Source of the DNA: Candidatus Marinacidobacterales bacterium
GTDB lineage: Bacteria; Acidobacteriota; Vicinamibacteria; Marinacidobacterales; SMYC01
Direction: 5' to 3'
DNA length: 64,000 bases
NCBI GenBank assembly: GCA_965237955.1
Contig: OZ250169.1
Location: 672,001-736,000, forward strand
In this document: positions 32,979-46,204 of the stretch, in pieces
Layout of the letters: every line of letters starts with the position of its first letter
Position numbering within the stretch: position 1 is the stretch's first letter
Made by a program: the position numbers and the translations under genes
Notes under the pieces: generated by a model
Database searches by the model: none
What the model was told of the DNA's origin: nothing
What the model saw: only the letters and a program-made list of their open reading frames with translations

Positions 32979-33182
32979 GGTGCTTCCGCAATCAAGTGTT
33001 GGTGGCTGCCGCGTAACCCGCTCGTGTGCTAGAGTTTGAGCCTGATTTCGGGAGACGCAGTTCTTTCGGCGATGCGGGCTGGGCTGACCACACGGTGCCT
33101 GACGTTCAGGGACACCTTCGTGTGCACGCCGACATCCTTATTAATGGCGTTCGCCGACACAGGCAGGCCAGCTGACATTAGC
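32978..33182. repeat. About 205-bp dispersed repeat (second copy 48815-49017), probable IS end
   Basis: Both begin CGGTGCTTCCGCAATCAAGTGTTGGTGG and align to ...CTGACA(T/C)TAG. Confidence 0.85.
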
Positions 33183-33204
33183 ATTCAAGCACGGCGTAGC
33201 AACA

Positions 33205-33355
33205 CCTGATGGCGGAAGCACCCTCCTTCCCTGAACAGCCGGACCGCTTCCTTCTTGAACTCCCCCGTGAACTTCCTGCGTCGTTGTTTTCCCATGGACG
33301 CCTCCAGGCGCATTGTCGCGCCTCGGTTGGTGTCCACAAAACCCGGGCAGGGCCA
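33205..33355 (-). mobile_element. IS3 family left-end stub
   Basis: MGKQRRRKFTGEFKKEAVRL; terminus TGGCCCTGCCCGGGTTTTGTGGACACC. Confidence 0.7.
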
Positions 33356-33839
33356 CGTCACGCCTACGTGCTCCAGACGATGAAGAAAGCCTACAAGTGC
33401 AAGAGTGCCGACAAGGCGCGCAAGCGACTTCAGGCATTGGTGTCGTGGCTCGAGCGAAACGGCTACGACGAAGCTGCCGGAAGCCTTCGTGAAGGGATGG
33501 AAGAGACACTCACGGTCGTGAAGCTCGCGCTGCCCGCCTTACTTCGCCAGTCTCTTGCCACGACGAACGCCATTGAGAATCTCAACGGAACCATTCGCAG
33601 AGTATCGAGAAACGTCAAGCGTTGGAAGAGTCCTTCCATGGTTCGCCGATGGACCGCTCTCGGCGTCGTCACGGCGGAGAAAGAGTTCCGGCGTATCAAA
33701 GGCTATCGCCATATGGGCGCTCTCGTTTACGCGCTTAGAAGCAAACAGAAATCTCTTGACAGCGATGAGTTTGCTGCCTAAGAGTATTCACAGGTGCCGC
33801 CGCTACCCGACTAAATTCAACAGCGGCCGGGACATCCCC
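33356..33839 (+). mobile_element. IS256 family transposase 3' remnant with right end
   Basis: AAGSLREGMEETLT...LATTNAIENLNGTIRR...AEKEFRRIKGY. Confidence 0.85.
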
Positions 33840-33849
33840 GCAAGCACCC

Positions 33850-33871
33850 CCGTCCTGTGCCAAAACTCGGC
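33850..33871 (-). repeat. Dispersed terminal repeat, copy E (cut by IS)
   Basis: CCGTCCTGTGCCAAAACTCGGC. Confidence 0.9.
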
Positions 33872-35217
33872 TGTCCTTCATCATTATTGATCCAGCGGGA
33901 ATGGTACCGCTGGTGGCCCTACGACGAACGAAGAAACCCGGGTCGGCGCGCGCGGGCACTTGCCGAGATCACGCGATCAATGGGCCGCGGAGCTGGACAA
34001 CGCAATCGCGAGGGACCCCAGCAATCGACGCGCAGCGACTAAACTGGCTCAGGCGGCGTCGCGCCATTCGTAGCGGTGGTGGAGCCCACCCACTCGCGGC
34101 AACGCGACGACTTTTGCGGTCGGTGATGGTCGGGGCGTGACGGGTCTTGAGTTCGGGGTGTCTTTGTCGAGACCCAAGTGGCAACGGTCCTCGTGGTAGT
34201 AGCTGATGTACAAGCGCATGAGCCGGACGAGATGCCGCTCACTGAGGACAACTACATGCTCTAACATCTCGCGGCGGCAGTTTCCGATCCAGCGTTCGGC
34301 GGTACCGTTTTGCCAAGGGCTGCGATAAGAAATGCGAACAGGCTTTGTGCCCATGGCCCTGATGAACTCCACCACTGCAGGGCTGAAAATCGCGTCGCGG
34401 TCAAAGACCAAGTATCGTGGTGCCGTGTCGTATGGGAACGCCTCGCGCAGTTGTTGAATCACCCACGCTGACGTGGGGTTGTACGTCGCGTTGAAGTGCA
34501 AGATATGGCGACGGCCGTGCTCGATGACGAAGAAGCCGTACAGCAGCCGTAGCGACGCCGTCGGTACGGCGAACAGATCCATCGCGGCGATGTCGTCCTT
34601 GTGGTTCCGCAAGAACGCAATCCATCGCTTCACTTCGTCGGGTTCGGCTCGGCGGCGCGGCATGTATCGCGACACCGTCATCTCGCTGACAACGAATCCG
34701 AGCTTCGTCAGCTCAGCGTGGATACGAGGTGCACCCCAGCCGTCTTGGGCCATCGTGCGGACGAGACGACGAATCTCGGCATCAATCCGAGGTCGACCTG
34801 GATAGCGCGGACGGGAGATCCGAGCCCAGTATCGGCGGAACCGATCTCGATTCCACCGGGCGACCGTGTCGGCGTTCACGATAACGAGCCGGCTCGCCCA
34901 CGCTGGCCACGAGCTTCGGAGCGCAACCCAGAATGCTCGGTCCGTGTCCTCGAGCGGTGGCCGGGGGCGCTCCTTCTTCAACGCCGTAACTTGCTGCCGC
35001 AGGGCCAGGTTTTCAATCACGAGGTCGGCTCGGCACCGACACATCGCCCGGATCGCACGGGCGCCGAGTGAGACGAGGAAGATGAGGACACGGAGCATGG
35101 CGGCAGAGTTTGCCGTCTCAAGACCGGGATCTCAAGCGGGAGATGCGCTCGTTGGCCGAGGCGTGAACGGTGCGTAAGTCCTTGATTTCAGGAGCGGACG
35201 GATATTGATGATGCACA
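33872..35217 (-). mobile_element. Complete 1346-bp rve/IS481-like IS; transposase 34049..35098
   Basis: Near-identical to 19958..21303. Confidence 0.92.
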
Positions 35218-35435
35218 GGCTCCGCGACCTGCAATGCTTTGGTTCTAAGGATGAGCTATTGGAAGAGATGTTCGGCTCTCACGTCACTCACTTGCAGGCT
35301 CTGTACGTTGGTCGTACTTTGGTCCCCAGGCCCGACGCATTGCCCCATCGATCAGGCTCCATGCGCCTTCGGTGGCTTCCGCAATCTGAGCTTGACCAGT
35401 TGGGATCTCATCGGTCCATTGTGTCTGTCACCGCC

Positions 35436-36089
35436 TCAATTTAACGGTACCCTGGGAGTGTTGGCGAGACTCAAAAGTATCATTGCGACAGCGGATCCAT
35501 AGTTACCAGCCATCGCATCTGCCATAACGCGCGAGTACGTTGGCCCTGGCCGCCTGACGATAGAGAACCGTGGAGAGAAACCGAATCTAGAGAGCAGTGA
35601 CGTCCAAAGGATACGTGAAGTTCGCCCGTTGCCATTCAGGAACGGATGAATATGAACGAATCGCGCGACGCCGACACCTACAATCGTCGCCAGTTCTCGT
35701 GTGAAGTTTGACACCTTTCCCTCTATCCACCGACCTGTCAGGGTATCGACCGCGCTAGTTAAGTAAAGGCTGAGTAGCGCCATCTCGGCCGAAACAATCT
35801 GAAACTGCAATCCAGATAAGCCTCCGACTCTGACGTTTGTGGCTAGACAAGGGCGATCAGGATCCAACTGTCGAAAGTTTCCAGCGTAGTACGGAAGTGG
35901 CACAGCAGTCTCGAAAAGGCTCTTGTGCCAGGATTTTATCGTTGTGAGGTCTGGGCACCGCTCACGAGATTCCTCAATGGCTCGCTTCCGGACTTCTTGT
36001 GTCAGCGCCGCGAAACTCTCCGACGCATGTTCACCAGTGCCTCGCCATTGCGGGCATTTATCTGTTCGGGATTTGGTTTGGCGCGCCAA
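35436..36089 (-). CDS. Fic family protein
   Basis: HPFLNGNGRTSR Fic motif. Confidence 0.9.
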   Translation of the reverse strand: MARQTKSRTDKCPQWRGTGEHASESFAALTQEVRKRAIEESRERCPDLTTIKSWHKSLFETAVPLPYYAGNFRQLDPDRPCLATNVRVGGLSGLQFQIVSAEMALLSLYLTSAVDTLTGRWIEGKVSNFTRELATIVGVGVARFVHIHPFLNGNGRTSRILWTSLLSRFGFSPRFSIVRRPGPTYSRVMADAMAGNYGSAVAMILLSLANTPRVPLN

Positions 36090-36095
36090 CGTACC

Positions 36096-36500
36096 TTAGA
36101 TTTCGTCGCCGTGCGGGTCCAGTTCTTCGTGAAGAACGTCCACGTCCTCACTTGAGCCATCGATCGCACGAGCTGCGCGGGCTAGGACATCATCTGGGTC
36201 TTCTCCGAGTTCGCGCAAAACATCCATGGCAGAATTCCATGTTCCGTTGAGAGCTTCTTGAGAGAAGGGTGAGCCCTCGAGTACGTAGTGGTGGGAGGTG
36301 GCGTCAACGGAGTCGATTTGCATTGGAGCAGCGTTCCCTGCTGCTCCCACAATGCAGGTAGAAACAGCGAAGGCCACCACAGTGGGGAGCCTCAAAGCCT
36401 TCCGCGCAACTCTCGTAGAAGCACTCTCAGTTGCTTCAGTGATGTCATGGACCCACGTCGGTTCCTTTTTCTCGAAAATCGTTTGCATCTCTGTCCTCAC
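36096..36500 (-). CDS. Hypothetical protein (candidate Fic antitoxin)
   Basis: Operonic spacing of 6 and 10 bp; acidic C-terminus. Confidence 0.55.
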   Translation of the reverse strand: MRTEMQTIFEKKEPTWVHDITEATESASTRVARKALRLPTVVAFAVSTCIVGAAGNAAPMQIDSVDATSHHYVLEGSPFSQEALNGTWNSAMDVLRELGEDPDDVLARAARAIDGSSEDVDVLHEELDPHGDEI

Positions 36501-36510
36501 GTTTCTTAGC

Positions 36511-37134
36511 TCAATATGCTGGCATGTCGTCCTTACTTATCAAAGTTTCCAATTTCCTGCATAGGAAACCAAGATGCTCAGTGGACATATCTATCTTCAC
36601 GACGGCCGCGACAGCACCCTTCCCTGCCTTCTTGAGGGCACCAGCTTTTAATTCGTGAATGGCACGCGGAGATACCGCGTAGAATCTCAGTTCGGCCGCT
36701 CCGTTTGCGTAAGCGATATCCAACGTACTGGCTCGATCAAATACTACCCGCTCACCGTGTTGGGGGAACGCTACATTTCTCTCCTCGATCGTGTTGCCGC
36801 CGATTCGTTTCGCAAGGTCGGAAACGAATGTTGGGTTTTCTTTGCTATATAAGGCCTTTGCGATATTTCCGGGAGACATGGAAACCAAAAAGACCGCTGA
36901 TAGGATAGCAGTTGAAGGTGCCAACTGTCCAAACGCCAAGGAAATGTCTTTGCCTTCGCGCGTAGCATCAACCCAGTTGGCATACATGGACCGTTTCGGG
37001 ATGGGGAGTTCCGCGGAGACCAAAAATAGCACAAGCTCTCCATCTGATACCTTCGTCAAGTAAACGCCTGGAGACAGTTGTGTCTTTTTGGCTAACGCAA
37101 GCTGCTCTGCGGGCGTACTCTGCTTTGCGCTCAA
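36511..37134 (-). CDS. Hypothetical protein, DUF3467-like
   Basis: YANWV...ISLAFGQLAP...VSMSP; strong GGGAGAGG RBS. Confidence 0.5.
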   Translation of the reverse strand: MSAKQSTPAEQLALAKKTQLSPGVYLTKVSDGELVLFLVSAELPIPKRSMYANWVDATREGKDISLAFGQLAPSTAILSAVFLVSMSPGNIAKALYSKENPTFVSDLAKRIGGNTIEERNVAFPQHGERVVFDRASTLDIAYANGAAELRFYAVSPRAIHELKAGALKKAGKGAVAAVVKIDMSTEHLGFLCRKLETLISKDDMPAY

Positions 37135-37445
37135 TTTCGTCCTCTCCCACCCTCAAATATCACACGGTCCTCAAGAGGGGGCAAACTCAAATGGAACATG
37201 TACAAGCTCATTTCTCGACGACCTTGGCGAATATCGCGCCGGGTGGAAGATCCATCGGCGTGAACGGGTGCTCTCATAGCATTGCCGGACCTGATTGAGG
37301 CCGAATCCGAGGCAAGTAAAGACATCAAGGAGGCCCAGGCTCACCTGGACTAGAACGTGCTAGCCCGCTACGCTACAGTAGCCCAGCCTCAATTCTGGAC
37401 CTCTCGGGCAGGTACTGTCAAGTTTTCCAAGGCCTGACGGCCACC

Positions 37446-37839
37446 CCGTCCTGTGCCAAAACTCGACCCTTTCGAAATAGACCATAAATCACCGGCTTAG
37501 TGTCTGTGTTTGCGACCGGGCCAATAAAAGGCCCACCGATGAGGCTCCTTCACTATTATAGTCGGCACCCTGGGCATCAGCGGGGGAACTGTCCGGCCCA
37601 GCAGGCTTCTGGTCAGGCTCCATCGCGGTAGGGTCGAGGGCTGGCACGGTGCTCCGTAGGCGCGGCCTATCTGTTTCTCCCCGTTTCCTGTGGGAGTGCC
37701 CGTAAGGTCAAAATACTCATGCGGCTTCCCTATGGTAGAAACGTAGCAACCCGCCAAGCCGTTCACGGGAGCGCACCATAGACACTAAGCTGCTGATTTG
37801 TGGTCTATTTCAAGAGGGCCGAGTTTTGGCACAGGACGG
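37446..37839. mobile_element. MITE-like unit: inverted repeat copies F (37446-37524) and G (37780-37839) around mobile-element debris
   Basis: Outward-facing CGTCCTGTGCC...GGCACAGGACG ends; interior includes a group II intron domain VI piece (37628-37700). Confidence 0.75.
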
Positions 37840-37894
37840 GATAGTAGTCGCGGTTCGCGTCGATCAGGACGTTGGCGTCGAGCAGGTAGAGCAA
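37840..37894 (-). pseudogene. DUF4411/PIN gene stub cut at repeat G
   Basis: MLYLLDANVLIDANRDYY followed directly by the repeat terminus. Confidence 0.75.
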
Positions 37895-37905
37895 GCACGA
37901 TCTCC

Positions 37906-39168
37906 TTACCGTGCCGTCGGGGGGCGAAGCATTCTGCCAACGTGCGCGGGCTTGACACCCAGGATTCGGGCCACCTTGGTCGTCGACAACGCACCAGAAT
38001 CCATCATGCGGTGGGCGAACCCGAGCAAGGCTTGTCCGACTCGGTGACGGCGCACGACGTAGTAGTCGACGCCGCTCTCCGATTCACGCGCCTTGGCTCG
38101 CTGTCGGTCGCGTTGTTGCCGCCACCGGTCGTGGAAAACCACTCGTAGGCGATCGAACGTCTGCCAGTCGAGGCGACCCGCACGTAGGAGCCTGTAGGCG
38201 ACCATGGTGCGGCTCAGGTTCCGCGGCCGGGCGAACTCGTCGATGAGGCGCTGTTGTTCGAAGAGGTCTCGATCCCGGTCGATCTGGATCTGGTCGAGCG
38301 TCTGCACAGGCAGCATCCACTCGGCAGCGACGTTGTTGCAGAATTCCTCGACCTCCGTCCCGGAATGACCGCCGCTGATGCCAGTCTGGCCGAGCAACAG
38401 ATGGGTCAGCTCGTGCAGAAGCGTGAACGACCACGCTGCCCTGGAGTCGTTGTCGTTGATAACTACGAACGGGGCGACGTCGTCTGCGATGGTGAAACCG
38501 CGAAACATCTCCACGTCGATGGCCGTGTGATGGCTGCCCAGATTCCCCTTGAGCAGGACGAATACGCCGGCACCCTCTGTTCGCGTGCGGAGCAGAGTGA
38601 ACGCTTGGTCGGCCGAAGGCTGCGCGTAGTAGGTGGCGGCGTTCAGGTCATGTCCGAGCACTTCGCTCAGAGCCTTCGCCGCTAGCCGGGACGACCGGGC
38701 GGCGTCCGTCCTGCGTCGGAGTAAGTTGCTCAACGACTCCAGGTCCGTCCTCGCGCCCACGCTTCTCGACAGGGCTCCCACGAACGGCAGTGGCTCGGCT
38801 TCGTCCCCTGCTTCCAGCGCGGCCCGAACCATGTTCTGCTGACTCCGAACGTTCCGGACGAGCGCGTCGACTAGGGCGTCCGTCTCCGACGAACGCTCCA
38901 CGGGTAGCGTGCGAAAGTCCGCACCGCGATCACCCCGCTGAGGCGGCGCGGTGAGGTAGAAGGCGAGCAGCGGTCGGCGATAGTGCCGCGCCATCTTGAC
39001 CAGGGTCGGCCGCGTCGGCTCTTTCTCGCCGCGTTCGAGCTCGGCGAGCCGGTCGACGGCCACCATACCCCGTGCATCTCTGATGCCGACCTTCGCGACG
39101 GCATCCTGGGGTGTCAAACCGGCGGTCTTGCGCGCCCAGACGAGGATTTCAGGATTGACTGCCGGCAC
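37906..39168 (-). CDS. XRE HTH - ImmA/IrrE (M78) metallopeptidase fusion
   Basis: VNPEILVWARKTAGL...LERGEKEPT HTH; DFR; FTLLHELTH; EEFCNNVAAE. Confidence 0.9.
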   Translation of the reverse strand: MPAVNPEILVWARKTAGLTPQDAVAKVGIRDARGMVAVDRLAELERGEKEPTRPTLVKMARHYRRPLLAFYLTAPPQRGDRGADFRTLPVERSSETDALVDALVRNVRSQQNMVRAALEAGDEAEPLPFVGALSRSVGARTDLESLSNLLRRRTDAARSSRLAAKALSEVLGHDLNAATYYAQPSADQAFTLLRTRTEGAGVFVLLKGNLGSHHTAIDVEMFRGFTIADDVAPFVVINDNDSRAAWSFTLLHELTHLLLGQTGISGGHSGTEVEEFCNNVAAEWMLPVQTLDQIQIDRDRDLFEQQRLIDEFARPRNLSRTMVAYRLLRAGRLDWQTFDRLRVVFHDRWRQQRDRQRAKARESESGVDYYVVRRHRVGQALLGFAHRMMDSGALSTTKVARILGVKPAHVGRMLRPPTAR

Positions 39169-39270
39169 CGTTTTGACCCTAGCATAACACTTCGCCCGCC
39201 GCGCCGGGCGTCTTCGACGCGAGGGCATCTACCAGATGCGCGTGGGCCTGGCGATCTTTCTTCTGCGACC

Positions 39271-39811
39271 CCGTCCTGTGCCAAAACTCGGCCCCTTTGA
39301 AATAGGCCATAAATCAGCAGCTTAGTGTCTGTGTTTGCGACCGGGCCAAGGGCCGTGGGCTTTACAATCGTCTTGGGCGGGCGGGTCGTCACCATGCAGA
39401 TGACCACCACCTGCGCACAGCGGTAACCGAATACGTAGTGCACTATCACACAGAACGGAACCACCAAGGTCTCGGCAACGAGCTCATCACACCTCTGCCG
39501 GCAAGCGCGAATGACGCTGGCCCCATCGTGTCGCGAGAGCGACTTGGGGGCATTCTCAACTACTACTGCCGTGCCGCGTAGATTGTCGCCGGCGACGGTA
39601 GCCCCTCGGCGGGCTCGACCGGCGTAGCGTGGAAACCGCTTCAGGAACACGCTTCGATATTCGCTCTCGACTAGGTGGTCATCTGCATGGTGACGACCCG
39701 CCCGCCCAAGACGATTGTAAAGCCCACGGCCCTTGGCCCGGTCGCAAACACAGACACTAAGCTGCTGATTTATGGCCTATTTCAAAAGGGCCGAGTTTTG
39801 GCACAGGACGG
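39271..39811. mobile_element. Foldback unit: 138-bp near-perfect inverted repeats H (39271-39408) and I (39674-39811) around an rve transposase C-terminal piece
   Basis: Arms differ at one position that I could see; interior encodes [20 protein letters not shown]...RLGGILNYY. Confidence 0.85.
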
Positions 39812-39883
39812 CATCGCGGATCATGTCGTGCTTGGCAACGCACCGAGAGCTCGTATTCGCGGGGAGGTGAGAAACAGAAAATC

Positions 39884-40684
39884 TTACACTCCTCTTTTTG
39901 AGTTGGCATCGGCACCAGGGGCCGGTAGTCCCACCATTTTTCTGAGTGATGCGAGGTCTCCGGCGCAAATGTGCAGTGGCTCTATGCTCTCAAAGGAGCC
40001 AAAGTCAAAATCGGAGAACTGCAACCACTGGTCCATTCTGTTGTGTGCAGCAGCATACAGCATGACTCCGAAGCTTGTCGGCTTGGCCGTCGAATACAAA
40101 AACGAAGTTTTGCCGACAAGGTCACTATCCCATCTGTATTCGTTAAGCAATCCCTTCCGCCACAGCGCATTCAAATCAGTGTCTATCTTGATCCCATGAA
40201 CATCGACCAATTCTCTTAGTGACATCCAAATTGCTGTACTATTAACTTCTTGACCTTCAGCGACATTGATCGAGCGGCTCTGTTTTATCCACATTTTATT
40301 CAGAGTATGGTAGATGACGTAATGTAATGTGAGTTGTGTGGCTGATAGAGATTTGATCACATCAACGAATTGAATGGACGAGTCGTCCTTTCCGTCGTTG
40401 GTTCTCGAAGACGCCAGAATTCCACCAAAGTACTCAGCACAAACCTCGTCGTCGGAAAAGGTCCCATTCCAAAGTACGTCTCGAGTCACACGGAGGTTTG
40501 GGATTTTCCCGTCATCAATGTTTTCTATTTTCCGAGTCGCAGCCGCAAGAAGTTTGTTCCTTCCTGCCGCATACATCCGTTTAAGGTCTTCACCGAATTC
40601 AGACAGGACTGGCCCGAACAACTTCTTGATCGCCCATTCGCCCGGAATGGAGATTTCTAAATGCCCCTTGTCTAAATCACTCAT
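39884..40684 (-). CDS. Abi-alpha/DUF4393-like protein
   Basis: KKLFGPVLSEFGEDL...SDDEVCAEYFGGILAS...FVDVIKSLS; AT-richer than flanks. Confidence 0.55.
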   Translation of the reverse strand: MSDLDKGHLEISIPGEWAIKKLFGPVLSEFGEDLKRMYAAGRNKLLAAATRKIENIDDGKIPNLRVTRDVLWNGTFSDDEVCAEYFGGILASSRTNDGKDDSSIQFVDVIKSLSATQLTLHYVIYHTLNKMWIKQSRSINVAEGQEVNSTAIWMSLRELVDVHGIKIDTDLNALWRKGLLNEYRWDSDLVGKTSFLYSTAKPTSFGVMLYAAAHNRMDQWLQFSDFDFGSFESIEPLHICAGDLASLRKMVGLPAPGADANSKRGV

Positions 40685-40919
40685 GACTACTAGCGTCTAT
40701 ATTAATTGTCACAGGCGGCCGCTCACTGGGATGTGTCCCGAGGTCTGTGGAAAAAGAACGGCGCCCTCCACTCCGTCATCAGGGTATCAGATCAGGCGGC
40801 AACCTCCACGTGTTCGAGAACCTCGCTCAGACGTTGCATCGAAGCGGTGCCCCGTCAAGACCAAAGCTGTTGCCGGTGACCCTCGGCGGCAGCATGCCGT
40901 CCGGTAGTCATAACTCCTC

Positions 40920-41055
40920 CCGTCCTGTGCCAAAACTCGGACAGCCACGACATCCCCAAGCGCCGGCCTACGGCCCTTGGGGGTGTCGCAAACACAGACA
41001 CTAAGTTGCTGATTTGTAGCCTATTTCAAAAGAGCCGAGTTTTGGCACAGGACGG
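40920..41055. mobile_element. MITE-like unit: repeat copies J (40920-40940) and K (40966-41055)
   Basis: Outward-facing ends 136 bp apart. Confidence 0.75.
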
Positions 41056-41161
41056 GGGCTGGAAACGGACTTACGGTGCCGCTAGTGAGGCACTCCCACA
41101 GGAAACGAGGAGAAACAGATAGGCCGCGCCTACGGGATACCGCGCCAGCCCTCGACCCTAT
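41056..41161 (+). mobile_element. Group II intron domain VI remnant
   Basis: GGGCTGGAAACGG...ACCGCGCCAGCCCTCGACCCTAT; homologous to 37628-37700. Confidence 0.65.
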
Positions 41162-41218
41162 CGACAAGCTCTTTGCATTCTTACGTTCTGTCCCCCGAGG
41201 AATCCTCCGGCGGTGCCA

Positions 41219-42097
41219 TCACCCCTGGTCGGAAAGATCCACTTCGACTCGCGTCCCGTTAACGACGATCACCGAACTATTTACGAACTCTTGGCTTGTG
41301 ATCTCAAAGTCTCGCAGCGCGGGAATGGACGCGCTATCTATGTACCAGGCCACCTCGTCGAGGCCGTGGTCAGACGAATCGACGAAATCTCGGTACGGAA
41401 TCCCAACGTCCAAACGGAGACCGGCCAGACCAACGCTCGCCAATGCCCCAGCGCCCTTGACACGATTCATCAACTCACCCACGACTAGCGCGAGCCTTTG
41501 GGCTTGATTGATTTGTCGCGTGTTGTAAACCGACTCCCAGTTACCAAGCCAGACCGCCAAGTATTCACCGCCCCTAAACGACTCTAGCGGTTGCAGCCTC
41601 CCGCCGCCCAAGTCTTGTGCGTAGCGGGCCAAGTCTCGCCACGAATCTCGAGGAACCTCCGTTCCAGTGAACGCTACAGCCGCCGCACTATCGAGAGCCG
41701 CGTTCACCTGGTCCTCAACATCTTCCTCGACCCAGCTTGGGACCGCGTACTGCGCAAGCCGTTTCACCATGTCCGCCTGGTCTCGAAAGCGGAGCTTGAT
41801 CCAAATGCCAGGCACACGGAACTCGATCTCCGATTTTTTCCTTTTCTCGAAGCGCAACTCGAACACCCTTGGCAAAGCCTCAGGAATCACTTCCCATCCC
41901 CGGGCTTGAGTGTCTAAACCGTAAATCTTGTGCACATTTGCCCAGTCGCTCCCTTCAAGCACAAGGGATCCTCCCGGAACGATAATGGTGTACTCCTCGC
42001 CCTTGTTTTGCGCGCTTGCTCTTATCGCAAGCAGAAACACGACGAAAGCCAAGCACACGACGACACCGAACTCACTCCATCTCCATGTATGCCTCAT
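41219..42097 (-). CDS. Hypothetical exported protein
   Basis: 292-aa ORF; N-terminal hydrophobic signal ending ASA; AAGGGGAGAAGG RBS. Confidence 0.65.
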   Translation of the reverse strand: MRHTWRWSEFGVVVCLAFVVFLLAIRASAQNKGEEYTIIVPGGSLVLEGSDWANVHKIYGLDTQARGWEVIPEALPRVFELRFEKRKKSEIEFRVPGIWIKLRFRDQADMVKRLAQYAVPSWVEEDVEDQVNAALDSAAAVAFTGTEVPRDSWRDLARYAQDLGGGRLQPLESFRGGEYLAVWLGNWESVYNTRQINQAQRLALVVGELMNRVKGAGALASVGLAGLRLDVGIPYRDFVDSSDHGLDEVAWYIDSASIPALRDFEITSQEFVNSSVIVVNGTRVEVDLSDQG

Positions 42098-42180
42098 CCT
42101 TCTCCCCTTTCCTTTCGCCGCTCTTTCGAGCTGCGATCCACCATGTTAGGCAAGTCAAAACCCACCTGTGCCTTCTATTT

Positions 42181-42407
42181 TGAACCGCCCCGGGTTTTCC
42201 GGAGACTGTTTTAGTTGAGTCTCGCCATCTCTGGCGAGCCTTCCTGCGACCGATAGTAGTTCATCTCGTACTCGACGGGGGCGACATTTCCGATCGGCTC
42301 CAAGAGTCGTTGGGTGTTGTACCAATGCACCCACTCGAGGGTGGCGAACTCGACGTCCTCAGGACCACGCCAGGGCGCGCGTCGACGGGTCACCTCGGTC
42401 TTGTAGA
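42181..42407 (-). mobile_element. IS3 family right-end fragment
   Basis: LYKTEV...[21 protein letters not shown] plus IRR. Confidence 0.9.
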
Positions 42408-44029
<1,622 letters not shown>

Positions 44030-44032
44030 AAG

Positions 44033-45347
<1,315 letters not shown>

Positions 45348-45625
45348 ATTAGAGACTACAACAACATCTGGCTCGACCTGCTCCTCGTCAAGCTGCACTC
45401 TAGGCCAGAACAGCAACTTGACGTTGCTCCAATCAACCTGTGACAGCTCGGGTGATCGGGCCGTTTCATTGAGTGCGACCACTCTCTCAAGGAAGCACGA
45501 CAGGAAGGGATCGCGTGGTAGGTAGTCGAGTGCGCCGAAGAAGTCGCCCGTCAGAATGTCCTCCACTCTGGCCCACCCAGGGTCGAGCTGGAACATCTTG
45601 GCTCGCAACTCCGCTTTAAGCACAG
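45348..45625 (-). pseudogene. Possible PD-(D/E)XK nuclease N-terminal fragment cut by IS3
   Basis: EDILTGDFFGALDYLP...FWP...EPDVVV. Confidence 0.5.
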
Positions 45626-45639
45626 TAACAGAGTAGACC

Positions 45640-46204
45640 GTGCCCCATGAAGCGGTCAAAGTCGGGCATCACCGCGCCTCCCCCGCGCCGTTCCGTGGCC
45701 GGAAGGGAGACGGCCGGTCGGATGCGGCGCGCGCCAAGGTCCGGCAGTTCAAGGCCGACCCGGGGGCAAGCCCTCGCCCATCCCGCTCGAGAACTGCCCC
45801 TGGTGCGGGACGCGCTTCGGACCGGACTCCTTCGCGCTCATGCCCAATGACGACCATCCCCAAGAGCTCCGCATCGTCTGCACGAACTTCGAGTGCGACT
45901 TCACGCGCGCGCGAGCGCTTCCCATCGTCGCGGTGGACGAACCACTCTACCGGCCGCTCCCGGCGTTCCCGATTGCGACGGTGGACAAGTTCGCGTCGCT
46001 TCCGTGGGTCGGGCAGTGCGGCGCGCTCCTCGGCGGCGCTGGCCGCCATGACAAGTCGGGCTTCTATGGGGCTGCGGAGCCCCGCAAAGGCACGCGCTTC
46101 ACGGTACCGCTGCCTCCACCCGACCTCGTCATCCAGGACGAGTTGCATCTGATTTCCGGACCACTGGGGACGATGGCAGGGCTCTACGAGGCGGCGATCG
46201 AGGC
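45640..46204 (+). pseudogene. drmA: DISARM DrmA-like helicase internal fragment
   Basis: CPWCG, LPIVAVDE, ATVDKFA, PPDLVIQDELHLISGPLGTMAGLYE. Confidence 0.8.

Noticed and set aside
11734-41161. Retron or DGR suggested by several intron pieces
   Set aside because: No intact reverse transcriptase, msr-msd or TR/VR pair was seen; the pieces are group II intron remnants.
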